NCBI GenBank assembly: GCA_964016885.1
Contig: OZ024743.1
Location: 209,374,001-209,438,000 of the forward strand
DNA length: 64,000 bases
From: Eledone cirrhosa
Lineage: Eukaryota
Reading direction: 5' to 3'
The position numbers were made by a program, and so were the translations under genes. The notes beneath the pieces are model-generated. The model ran no database searches, was not told the origin of the DNA, and saw nothing but the letters and a program-made list of their open reading frames with translations. This document shows positions 1 through 13,373 of this stretch, one piece after another; within the stretch, counting starts at the first letter, position 1; every line of letters begins with the position of its first letter.

Positions 1-379
1 TCTTCACTCCATAAGATATACCACAGTTTACCATCCTATAGCCACACATGAAAGCTCTTCACTCCATAAGATATACCACAGTTTACCATCCTATAGCCAC
101 AAATGAAAGCTCTTCACTCCATAAGAAATACCACAGTTTACCATCCGATAGCCACACATGAAAGCTCTTCACTCAATCAGATATACCACAGTTTACCATC
201 CTATAGCCACACATGAAAGCTCTTCACTCCATAAGATATACCACAGTTTACCAGCCTATAGCCACGCATGAAAGCTCTTCAATCCATAAGATATATCACA
301 GTTTACCATCCTATAGCCAGATGAAATCTCTTCACTCCATAAGATATACCACAGTTTACCATCCTATAGCCACAGATGA

Positions 380-3300
380 AAGCTGTTCACTCCATAAAAT
401 ATACCACAGTTTACCATCCTATAGCCACGCCACGGATGAAAGCTCTTCACTCCATAAGATATACCACAGTTTACCATCCGATAGCCACACATGAAAGCTC
501 TTCACTCCATCAGATATACCACAGTTTACCATCCTATAGCCACACATGAAAGCTCTTCACTCCATAAGATATACCACAGTTTACCATCCTATAGCCACAA
601 ATGAAAGCTCTTCACTCCATAAGATATACCACAGTTTACCATCCTATAGCCAGATGAAAGCTCTTCTCTCCATAAGATATACCACAGTTTACCATCCTAT
701 AGCTACGCATGAAAGCTCTTCACTCCATAAGATATACCACAGTTTACCATCCTATAGCCAGATGAAAGCTCTTCACTCCATAAGATATACCACAGTTTAC
801 CATCCTATAGCCACAGATGAAAGCTCTTCACTCCATAAGATATACCACAGTTTACCATCCTATAGCCACACATGAAAGCTCTTCACTCCATAAGATATAC
901 CACACTTTACCATCCTATAGCCACAGATGAAAGCTCTTAACTCCATAAGATATACCACAGTTTACCATCCTATAGCCACAGATGAAAGCTGTTCACTCCA
1001 TAAGATATACCACAGTTTACCATCCTATAGCCACACATGAAAGCTCTTCACTCCATAAGATATACCACAGTTTACCATCCTATAACCACAGATGAAAGCT
1101 GTTCACTCCATAAGATATACCACAGTTTACCATCCTATAGCCACAGATGAAAGCTGTTCACTCCATAAGATATACCACAGTTTACCATCCTATAGCCAGA
1201 TGAAAGCTCTTCACTCTATAAGATATACCACACTTTACCATCCTATAGCCACAGATGAAAGCTGTTGACTCCATAAGATATACCACAGTTTACCATCCTA
1301 TAGCCACGCCACGGATGAAAGCTCTTCACTCCATAAGATATACCACAGTTTACCATCCTATAGCCACACATGAAAGCTGTTCACTCCATAAGATATACCA
1401 CAGTTTACCATCCTATAGCCAGATGAAAGCTCTTCACTCCATAAGATATACAACAGTTTACCATCCTATAGCCACACATGAAAGCTCTTCACTCCATAAG
1501 ATATACCACAGTTTACCATCCTATAGCCACAAATGAAAGCTCTTCACTCCATAAGATATACCACAGTTTACCATCCTATAGCCACACATGAAAGCTATTC
1601 ACTCCATAAGATATACCACAGTTTACCATCCTATAGCCACAAATGAAAGCTCTTCACTCCATAAGATATACCAGAGTTTACCATCCGATAGCCACACATG
1701 AAAGCTCTTCACTCCATAAGATATACCACAGTTTACCATCCTATAGCCAGATGAAAGCACTTCACTCCATAAGATATACCACAGTTTACCATCCTATAGC
1801 CACGCATGAAAGTTCTTCACTCCATAAGATATACCACAGTTTACCATCCTATAGCCACACATGAAAGCCCTTCACTCCATAAGATATACCGCAGTTTACC
1901 ATCCTATAGCCACACATGAAAGCTCTTCACTCCATAAAATATACCACAGTTTCCCATCCTATAGCCACAGATGAAAGCTCTTCACTCCATAACATATACT
2001 ACAGTTTAACATCCTATAGCCACACATGAGAGCTCTTCACTCCATAAGATATACCACAGTTTCCCATCCTATAGCCACAAATGAAAGCTCTTCACTCCAT
2101 AAGATATACCACAGTTTACCATCCGATAGCCACGCATGAAAGCTCTTCACTCCATCAGATATACCACAGTTTACCATCCTATAGCCACACATGAAAGCTC
2201 TTCACTCCATAAGATATACCACAGTTTACCATCCTATAGCCACAAATGAAAGCTCTTCACTCCATAAGATATACCACAGTTTACCATCCTATAGCCAGAT
2301 GAACGCTCTTCACTCCATAAGATATACCACAGTTTACCATCCTATGGCCACGCATGAAAGCTCTTCACTCCATAAGATATACCACAGTTTACCATCCTAT
2401 AGCCACACATGAAAGCTCTTCACTCCATAAGATATACCACAGTTTACCATCCGATGACCACAGATGAATGCTCTTCACTCCATAAGATATACCACAGTTT
2501 ACCACCCTATGGCCACAGATGAAAGCTCTTCACTCCATAAATTATACCACAGTTTACCATCCTATAGCCACGCCACGGATGAAAGCTCTTCACTCCATAA
2601 GACATACCACAGTTTACCATCCTATAGCCACAGATGAAAGCTGTTCACTCCATAAGATATACCACAGTTTACCATCCTATAGCCAGATGAAAGCTCTTCA
2701 CTCCATAAGATATACAACAGTTTACCATCCTATAGCCACACATGAAAGCTCTTCACTCCATAAGATATACCACAGTTTACCATCCTATAGCCACAAATGA
2801 AAGCTCTTCACTCCATAAGATATACCACAGTTTACCATCCTATAGCCACACATGAGAGCTATTCACTCCATAAGATATACCACAGTTTACCGTCCTGTAG
2901 CCACAAATGAAAGCTCTTCACTCCATAAGATATACCACAGTTTACCATCCGATAGCCACACATGAAAGCTCTTCACTCCATCAGATATACCACAGTTTAC
3001 CATCCTATAGCCACATATGAAAGCTCTTCACTCCATAAGATATACCACAGTTTACCATCCTATAGCCACAAATGAAAGCTCTTCACTCCATAAGATATAC
3101 CACAGTTTACCATCCTATAGCCAGATGAAAGCTCTTCACTCCATAAGATATACAACAGTTTACCATCCTATAGCCACGCATGAAAGCTCTTCACTCCATA
3201 AGATATACCACAGTTTACCATCCTATAGCCACAAATGAAAGCTCTTCACTCCATAAGATATACCACAGTTTACCATCCTATAGCCACACATGAAAGCTAT

Positions 3301-3400
3301 TCACTCCATAAGATATACCACAGTTTACCATCCTATAGCCACAAATGAAAGCTCTTCACTCCATAAGATTTACCACAGTTTACCATCCTATAGCCACAAA
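380..3400. repeat. Segment duplicated at ~10136-13200 (offset 9756, then 9864 and 9809 after monomer indels)
   Basis: Rare variants occur in the same order in both copies: CTCTTCTCTC, AGCTACGC, CTCTTAACT, GCTGTTGACT, ACCAGAG, GAACGCT. ORF offsets 546/10302, 1255/11011 and 1643/11399 are all 9756. Confidence 0.9.
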
Positions 3401-6400
3401 TGAAAGCTCTTCACTCCATAAGATATACCACAGTTTACCATCCTATAGCCACACATGAAAGCTATTCACTCCATAAGATATACCACAGTTGACCATCCTA
3501 TAGCCACAAATGAAAGCTCTTCACTCCATAAGATATACCACAGTTTACCATCCGATAGCCACACATGAAAGCTCTTCACTCCATCAGATATAGCACAGTT
3601 TACCATCCTATAGCCACAAATGAAAGCTCTTCACTCCAGAAGATATACCACAGTTTACCATCCTATAGCCAGATGAAAGCTCTTCACTCCATAAGATATA
3701 TAACAGTTTACCATCCTATAGCCACGCATGAAAGCTCTTCACTCCATAAGATATACCACAGTTTACCATCCTATAGCCACAAATGAAAGATCTTCACTCC
3801 ATAAGATATACCACAGTTTACCATCCTATAGCCACACATGAAAGCTATTCACTCCATAAGATATACCACAGTTAACCATCCTATAGCCACAAATGAAAGC
3901 TCTTCACTCCATAAGATATACCACAGTTTACCATCCGATAGCCACACATGAAAGCTCTTCACTCCATCAGATATACCACAGTTTAACATCCTATAGCCAC
4001 ACATGAAAGCTCTTCACTCCATAAGATATACCACAGTTTACCATCCTATAGCCACACATGAAAGCTCTTCACTCCATAAGATATACCACAGTTTACCATC
4101 CTATAGCCACAAATGAAAGCTCTTCACTCCATAAGATATACCACAGTTTACCATCCTATAGCCATATGAAAGTTCTTCACTCCATAAGATATACAACAGT
4201 TTACCATCCTATAGCCACACATGAAAGCTCTTCACTCCATAAGATATACCACAGTTTACATTCCTATAGCCACAAATGAAAGCTCTTCACTCCATAAGAT
4301 ATACCACAGTTTACCATCCTATAGCCACACATGAAAGCTATTCACTCCATAAGATATACCACAGTTTACCATCCTATAGCCACAAATGAAAGCTCTTCAC
4401 TCCATAAGAAATACCACAGTTTACCATCCCATAGCCACACATGAAAGCTCTTCACTCCATAAGATATACCACAGTTTACCATCCTATAGCCAGATGAAAG
4501 CTCTTCACTCCATAAGATATACCACAGTTTACCATCCTATAGCCACACATGAAAGCTCTTCACACCATAAGATATACCACAGTTTACCATACTATAGCCA
4601 CAAATGAAAGCTCTTCACTCCATAAGATATACCACAGTTTACCATCCTATAGCCAGATGAAAGCTCTTCACTCCATAAGATATACCACAGTTTACCAGCC
4701 TATAGCCACGCATGAAAGCTCTTCAATCCATAAGATATACCACAGTTTACCATCCTATAGCCAGATGAAATCTCTTCAATCCATAAGATATACCACAGTT
4801 TACCATCCTATAGCCACAGATGAAAGCTGTTCACTCCATAAGATATACCACAGTTTACCATCCGATAGCCACACATGAAAGCTCTTCACTCCATCAGATA
4901 TACCACAGTTTACCATTCTATAGCCAGATGAAAGCTCTTCACTCCATAAGATATACCACAGTTTACCATCCTATAGCCACGCATGAAAGCTCTTCACTCC
5001 ATAAGATATACCACAGTTTACCATCCTATAGCCACAAATGAAAGCTCTTCACTCCATAAGATATACCACAGTTTACCATCCTATAGCCACACCTGAGAGC
5101 TATTCACTCCATAAGATATACCACAGTTTACCATCCTATAGCCACACATGAAAGCTCTTCACTCCATAAGATATACCACAGTTTACCATCCTATAGCCAC
5201 GCCACGGATGAAAGCTCTTCACTCCATAAGATATACCACAGTTTACCATCCTATAGTCACACATGAAAGCTCTTCACTCCATAAGATATAACACAGTTTA
5301 CCATCCTAAAGCCAGATGAAAGCTCTTCACTCCATAAGATATACCACAGTTTACCATCCTATAGCCACAGATGAAAGCTCTTCACTCCATAAGATATACC
5401 ACAGTTTACCATCCTATAGCCACAGATGAAAGCTCTTCACTCCATAAGATATACCACAGTTTACCATCCTATAGCCACACATGAAAGCTCTTCACTCCAT
5501 AAGATATACCACACTTTACCATCCTATAGCCACAGATGAAAGCTCTTCACTCCATAAGATATACCACAGTTTACCATCCTATAGCCACAGATGAAAGCTG
5601 TTCACTCCATAAGATATACCACAGTTTACCATCCTATAGCCACACATGAAAGCTCTTCACTCCATAAGATATACCACAGTTTACCATCCTATAGCCACAC
5701 ATGAAAGCTATTCCCTCCATAAGATATACCACAGTTTACCATCCTAGAGCCACAAATGAAAGCTCTTCACTCCATAAGATATACCACAGTTTACCATCCG
5801 ATAGCCACACATGAAAGCTCTTCACTCCATCAGATATACCACAGTTTACCATCCTATAGCCACACATGAAAGCTCTTCACTCCATAAGATATACCACAGT
5901 TTACCATCCTATAGCCACAAATGAAAGCTCTTCACTCCATAAGATATACCACAGTTTACCATCCTATAGCCAGATGAAAGCTCTTCACTCCATAAGATAT
6001 ACAACAGTTTACCATCCTATAGCCACACATGAAAGCTCTTCACTCCATAAGATATACCACAGTTTACCATCCTATAGCCACAAATGAAAGCTCTTCACTC
6101 CATAAGATATACCACAGTTTACCATCCTATAGCCACACATGAAAGCTCTTCACTCCATAAGATATACCACAGTTTACCATCCTATAGCCAGATGAAAGCT
6201 CTTCACTCCATAAGATATACCACAGTTTACCATCCTATAGCCACAGATGAAAGCAGTTCACTCCATAAGATATACCACAGTTTACCATCCTATAGCCAGA
6301 TGAAAGCTCTTCACTCCATAAGATATACAACAGTTTACCATCCTATAGCCACGCCACGGATGAAAGCTCTTCACTCCATAAGACATACCACAGTTTACCA

Positions 6401-9400
6401 TCCTATAGCCACAGATGAAAGCTGTTCACTCCATAAGATATACCACAGTTTACCATCCTATAGCCAGATGAAAGCTCTTCACTCCATAAGATATACAACA
6501 GTTTACCATCCTATAGCCACACATGAAAGCTCTTCAGTCCATAAGATATACCACAGTTTACCATCCTATAGCCACAAATGAAAGCTCTTCACTCCATAAG
6601 ATATACCACAGTTTACCATCCTATAGCCACACATGAAAGCTATTCACTCCATAAGATATACCACATTTTACCATCCTATAGCCACAAATGAAAGCTCTTC
6701 ACTCCATAAGATATACCACAGTTTACCATCCGATAGCCACACATGAAAGCTCTTCACTCCATCAGATATACCACAGTTTACCATCCTATAGCCACACATG
6801 AAAGCTCTTCACTCCATAAGATATACCACAGTTTACCATCCTATAGCCACAAATGAAAGCTCTTCACTCCATAAGATATACCACAGTTTACCATCCTATA
6901 GCCAGATTAAAGCTCTTCACTCCATAAGATATACAACAGTCTACCATCCTATAGCCACGCATGAAAGCTCTTCACTCCATAAGATATACCACAGTTTACC
7001 ATCCTATAGCCACAAATGAAAGCTCTTCACTCCATAAGATATACCACAGTTTACCATCCTATAGCCACACATGAAAGCTCTTCACTCCATAAGATATACC
7101 ACAGTTTACCATCCTATAGCCACAAATGAAAGCTCTTCACTCCATAAGATATACCACAGTTTACCATCCTATAGCCACACATGAAAGCTATTCACTCCAT
7201 AAGATATACCACAGTTGACCATCCTATAGCCACAAATGAAAGCTCTTCACTCCATAAGATATACCACAGTTTACCATCCGATAGCCACACATGAAAGCTC
7301 TTCACTCCATCAGATATAGCACAGTTTACCATCCTAGAGCCACAAATGAAAGCTCTTCACTCCATAAGATATACCACAGTTTACCATCCTATAGCCAGAT
7401 GAAAGCTCTTCACTCCATCAGATATACCACAGTTTAACATCCTATAGCCACACATGAAAGCTCTTCACTCCATAAGATATACCACAGTTTACCATCCTAT
7501 AGCCACAAATGAAAGATCTTCACTCCATAAGATATACCACAGTTTACCATCCTATAGCCATATGAAAGTTCTTCACTCCATAAGATATACAACAGTTTAC
7601 CATCCTATAGCCACACATGAAAGCTCTTCACTCCATAAGATATACCACAGTTTACCATCCTATAGCCACACATGAAAGCTATTCACTCCATAAGATATAC
7701 CACAGTTTACCATCCTATAGCCACAAATGAAAGCTCTTCACTCCATAAGAAATACCACAGTTTACCATCCGATAGCCACACATGAAAGCTCTTCACTCCA
7801 TAAGATATACCACAGTTTACCATCCTATAGCCAGATGAAAGCTCTTCACTCCATAAGATATACCACAGTTTACCATCCTATAGCCACACATGAAAGCTCT
7901 TCACTCCATAAGATATACCACAGTTTACCATCCTATAGCCACAAATGAAAGCTCTTCACTCCATAAGATATACCACAGTTTACCATCCTATAGCCAGATG
8001 AAAGCTCTTCACTCCATAAGATATACCACAGTTTACCATCCTATAGCCAGATGAAATCTCTTCAATCCATAAGATATACCACAGTTTACCATCCTATAGC
8101 CACAGATGAAAGCTGTTCACTCCATAAGATATACCACAGTTTACCATCCGATAGCCACACATGAAAGCTCTTCACTCCATCAGATATACCACAGTTTACC
8201 ATCCTGTAGCCACAAATGAAAGCTCTTCACTCCATAAGATATACCACAGTTTACCATCCTATAGCCAGATGAAAGCTCTTCACTCCATAAGATATACCAC
8301 AGTTTACCACCCTATAGCCAGATGAAAGCTCTTCACTCCATAAGATATACCACAGTTTACCATCCTATAGCCACGCATGAAAGCTCTTCACTCCATAAGA
8401 TATACCACAGTTTACCATCCTATAGCCACAAATGAAAGCTCTTCACTCCATAAGATATACCACAGTTTACCATCCTATAGCCACACCTGAGAGCTATTCA
8501 CTCCATAAGATATACCACAGTTTACCATCCTATAGCCACACATGAAAGCTCTTCACTCCATAAGATATACCACAGTTTACCATCCTATAGCCAGGCCACG
8601 GATGAAAGCTCTTCACTCCATAAGATATACCACAGTTTACCATCCTATAGTCACACATGAAAGCTCTTCACTCCATAAGATATAACACAGTTTACCATCC
8701 TAAAGCCAGATGAAAGCTCTTCACTCCATAAGACATACCACAGTTTACCATCCTATAGCCACAGATGAAAGCTCTTCACTCCATAAGATATACCACAGTT
8801 TACCATCCTATAGCCACAGATGAAAGCTCTTCACTCCATAAGATATACCACAGTTTACCATCCTATAGCCACACATGAAAGCTCTTCACTCCATAAGATA
8901 TACCACACTTTACCATCCTATAGCCACAGATGAAAGCTCTTCACTCCATAAGATATACCACAGTTTACCATCCTATAGCCACAGATGAAAGCTGTTCACT
9001 CCATAAGATATACCACAGTTTACCATCCTATAGCCACACATGAAAGCTCTTCACTCCATAAGATATACCACAGTTTACCATCCTATAGCCACACATGAAA
9101 GCTATTCCCTCCATAAGATATACCACAGTTTACCATCCTATAGCCAGATGAAAGCTCTTCACTCCATAAGATATACCACAGTTTACCATCCGATAGCCAC
9201 ACAAGAAAGCTCTTCACTCCATCAGATATACCACAGTTTACCATCCTATAGCCACACATGAAAGCTCTTCACTCCATAAGATATACCACAGTTTACCATC
9301 CTATAGCCACAAATGAAAGCTCTTCACTCCATAACATATACCACAGTTTACCATCCTATAGCCAGATGAAAGCTCTTCACTCCATAAGATATACAACAGT

Positions 9401-9500
9401 TTACCATCCTATAGCCACACATGAAAGCTCTTCACTCCATAAGATATACCACAGTTTACCATCCTATAGCCACAAATGAAAGCTCTTCACTCCATAAGAT
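2570..9500. repeat. Diverged tandem duplication, ~2570-6100 vs ~6350-9500 (offset ~3.3-3.8 kb)
   Basis: Shared rare variants in the same order: AGACATAC (~2600/~6381), GTTGACC (3491/7217), GCCATATGAAAGTT, CCTGAGAGCTATT, CCTAAAGCCAG, GCTATTCCCT (monomers at 5701/9095). The offset drifts by whole monomers. Confidence 0.8.
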
Positions 9501-12500
9501 ATACCACAGTTTACCATCCTATAGCCACACATGAAAGCTCTTCACTCCATAAGATATACCACAGTTTACCATCCTATAGCCACAAATGAAAGCTCTTCAC
9601 TCCATAAGAAATACCACAGTTTACCATCCGATAGCCACACATGAAAGCTCTTCACTCCATCAGATATACCACAGTTTACCATCCTATAGCCACACATGAA
9701 AGCTCTTCACTCCATAAGATATACCACAGTTTACCATTCTATAGCCACAAATGAAAGCTCTTCACTCCATAAGATATACCACAGTTTACCATCCTATAGC
9801 CAGATGAAAGCTCTTCACTCCATAAGATATACCACAGTTTACCATTCTATAGCCACAAATGAAAGCTCTTCACTCCATAAGATATACCACAGTTTACCAT
9901 CCTATAGCCACAGATGAAAGCTGTTCACTCCATAAGATATACCACAGTTTACCATCCTATAGCCACAGATGAAAGCTGTTCACTCCATAAGATATAACAC
10001 AGTTTACCATCCTATAGCCAGATGAAAGCTCTTCACTCCATAAGATATACCACAGTTTACCATCCTATAGCCACACATGAAAGCTCTTCACTCCATAAGA
10101 TATACCACAGTTTACCATCCTATAGCCACAGATGAAAGCTGTTCACTCCATAAAATATACCACAGTTTACCATCCTATAGCCACGCCACGGATGAAAGCT
10201 CTTCACTCCATAAGATATACCACAGTTTACCATCCGATAGCCACACATGAAAGCTCTTCACTCCATCAGATATACCACAGTTTACCATCCTATAGCCACA
10301 CATGAAAGCTCTTCACTCCATAAGATATACCACAGTTTACCATCCTATAGCCACAAATGAAAGCTCTTCACTCCATAAGATATACCACAGTTTACCATCC
10401 TATAGCCAGATGAAAGCTCTTCTCTCCATAAGATATACCACAGTTTACCATCCTATAGCTACGCATGAAAGCTCTTCACTCCATAAGATATACCACAGTT
10501 TACCATCCTATAGCCAGATGAAAGTTCTTCACTCCATAAGATATACCACAGTTTACCATCCTATAGCCACAGATGAAAGCTCTTCACTCCATAAGATATA
10601 CCACAGTTTACCATCCTATAGCCACACATGAAAGCTCTTCACTCCATAAGATATACCACACTTTACCATCCTATAGCCACAGATGAAAGCTCTTAACTCC
10701 ATAAGATATACCACAGTTTACCATCCTATAGCCACAGATGAAAGCTGTTCACTCCATAAGATATACCACAGTTTACCATCCTATAGCCACACATGAAAGC
10801 TCTTCACTCCATAAGATATACCACAGTTTACCATCCTATAGCCACAGATGAAAGCTGTTCACTCCATAAGATATACCACAGTTTACCATCCTATAGCCAC
10901 AGATGAAAGCTGTTCACTCCATAAGATATACCACAGTTTACCATCCTATAGCCAGATGAAAGCTCTTCACTCCATAAGATATACCACACTTTACCATCCT
11001 ATAGCCACAGATGAAAGCTGTTGACTCCATAAGATATACCACAGTTTACCATCCTATAGCCACGCCACGGATGAAAGCTCTTCACTCCATAAGATATACC
11101 ACAGTTTACCATCCTATAGCCACACATGAAAGCTGTTCACTCCATAAGATATACCACAGTTTACCATCCTATAGCCAGATGAAAGCTCTTCACTCCATAA
11201 GATATACAACAGTTTACCATCCTATAGCCACACATGAAAGCTCTTCACTCCATAAGATATACCACAGTTTACCATCCTATAGCCACAAATGAAAGCTCTT
11301 CACTCCATAAGATATACCACTGTTTACCATCCTATAGCCACACATGAAAGCTATTCACTCCATAAGATATACCACAGTTTACCATCCTATAGCCACAAAT
11401 GAAAGCTCTTCACTCCATAAGATATACCAGAGTTTACCATCCGATAGCCACACATGAAAGCTCTTCACTCCATAAGATATACCACAGTTTACCATCCTAT
11501 AGCCAGATGAAAGCACTTCACTCCATAAGATATACCACAGTTTACCATCCTATAGCCACGCATGAAAGTTCTTCACTCCATAAGATATACCACAGTTTAC
11601 CATCCTATAGCCACACATGAAAGCCCTTCACTCCATAAGATATACCGCAGTTTACCATCCTATAGCCACACATGAAAGCTCTTCACTCCATAAAATATAC
11701 CACAGTTTCCCATCCTATAGCCACAGATGAAAGCTCTTCACTCCATAACATATACTACAGTTTAACATCCTATAGCCACACATGAGAGCTCTTCACTCCA
11801 TAAGATATACCACAGTTTACCATCCTATAGTCAGATGAAAGCTCTTCACTCCATAAGATATACCTCAGTTTACCATCCTATAGCCACACATGAAAGCTAT
11901 TCACTCCATAAGATATACCACAGTTTCGAATTCTATAGCCACAAATGAAAGCTCTTCACTCCATAAGATATACCACAGTTTACCATCCGATAGCCACACA
12001 TGAAAGCTCTTCACTCCATCAGATATACCACAGTTTACCATCCTATAGCCACACATGAAAGCTCTTCACTCCATAAGATATACCACAGTTTACCATCCTA
12101 TAGCCACAAATGAAAGCTCTTCACTCCATAAGATATACCACAGTTTACCATCCTATAGCCAGATGAACGCTCTTCACTCCATAAGATATACCACAGTTTA
12201 CCATCCTATGGCCACGCATGAAAGCTCTTCACTCCATAAGATATACCACAGTTTACCATCCTATAGCCACAAATGAAAGCTCTTCACTCCATAAGATATA
12301 CCACAGTTTACCACCCTATGGCCACAGATGAAAGCTCTTCACTCCATAAATTATACCACAGTTTACCAGCCTATAGCCACGCCACGGATGAAAGCTCTTC
12401 ACTCCATAAGATATACCACAGTTTACCATCCTATAGCCACAGATGAAAGCTGTTCACTCCATAAGATATACCACAGTTTACCATCCTATAGCCAGATGAA

Positions 12501-12660
12501 AGCTCTTCACTCCATAAGATATACAACAGTTTACCATCCTATAGCCACACATGAAAGCTCTTCACTCCATAAGATATACCACAGTTTACCATCCTATAGC
12601 CACAAATGAAAGCTCTTCACTCCATAAGATATACCACAGTTTACCATCCTATAGCCACAC

Positions 12661-13098
12661 ATGAAAGCTATTCACTCCATAAGATATACCACAGTTTACC
12701 ATCCTGTAGCCACAAATGAAAGCTCTTCACTCCATAAGATATACCACAGTTTACCATCCGATAGCCACACATGAAAGCTCTTCACTCCATCAGATATACC
12801 ACAGTTTACCATCCTATAGCCACACATGAAAGCTCTTCACTCCATAAGATATACCACAGTTTACCATCCTATAGCCACAAATGAAAGCTCTTCACTCCAT
12901 AAGATATACCACAGTTTACCATCCTATAGCCAGATGAAAGCTCTTCACTCCATAAGATATACAACAGTTTACCATCCTATAGCCACGCATGAAAGCTCTT
13001 CACTCCATAAGATATACCACAGTTTACCATCCTATAGCCACAAATGAAAGCTCTTCACTCCATAAGATATACCACAGTTTACCATCCTATAGACACAC
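12661..13098. repeat. Example of the 8-monomer, 438-bp higher-order repeat unit
   Basis: GCTATT-type monomers lie 438 bp apart (7x55+53) at 2852/3290, 12661/13099, 14530/14968 and 27496/27934, with the same internal order of variants. Confidence 0.8.
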
Positions 13099-13373
13099 AT
13101 GAAAGCTATTCACTCCATAAGATATACCACAGTTTACCATCCTATAGCCACAAATGAAAGCTCTTCACTCCATAAGATTTACCACAGTTTACCATCCTAT
13201 AGCCACACATGAAAGCTATTCACTCCATAAGATATACCACAGTTTACCATCCTATAGCCACAAATGAAAGCTCTTCACTCCATAAGATATACCACAGTTT
13301 ACCATCTGATAGCCACACATGAAAGCTCTTCACTCCATCAGATATACCACAGTTTACCATCCTATAGCCACAC

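Noticed and set aside
12661-13098. 438 bp = 3x146 as a nucleosome-core multiple
   Set aside because: This is a numerical coincidence that leaves no linker DNA, and the unit length is not conserved along the array.
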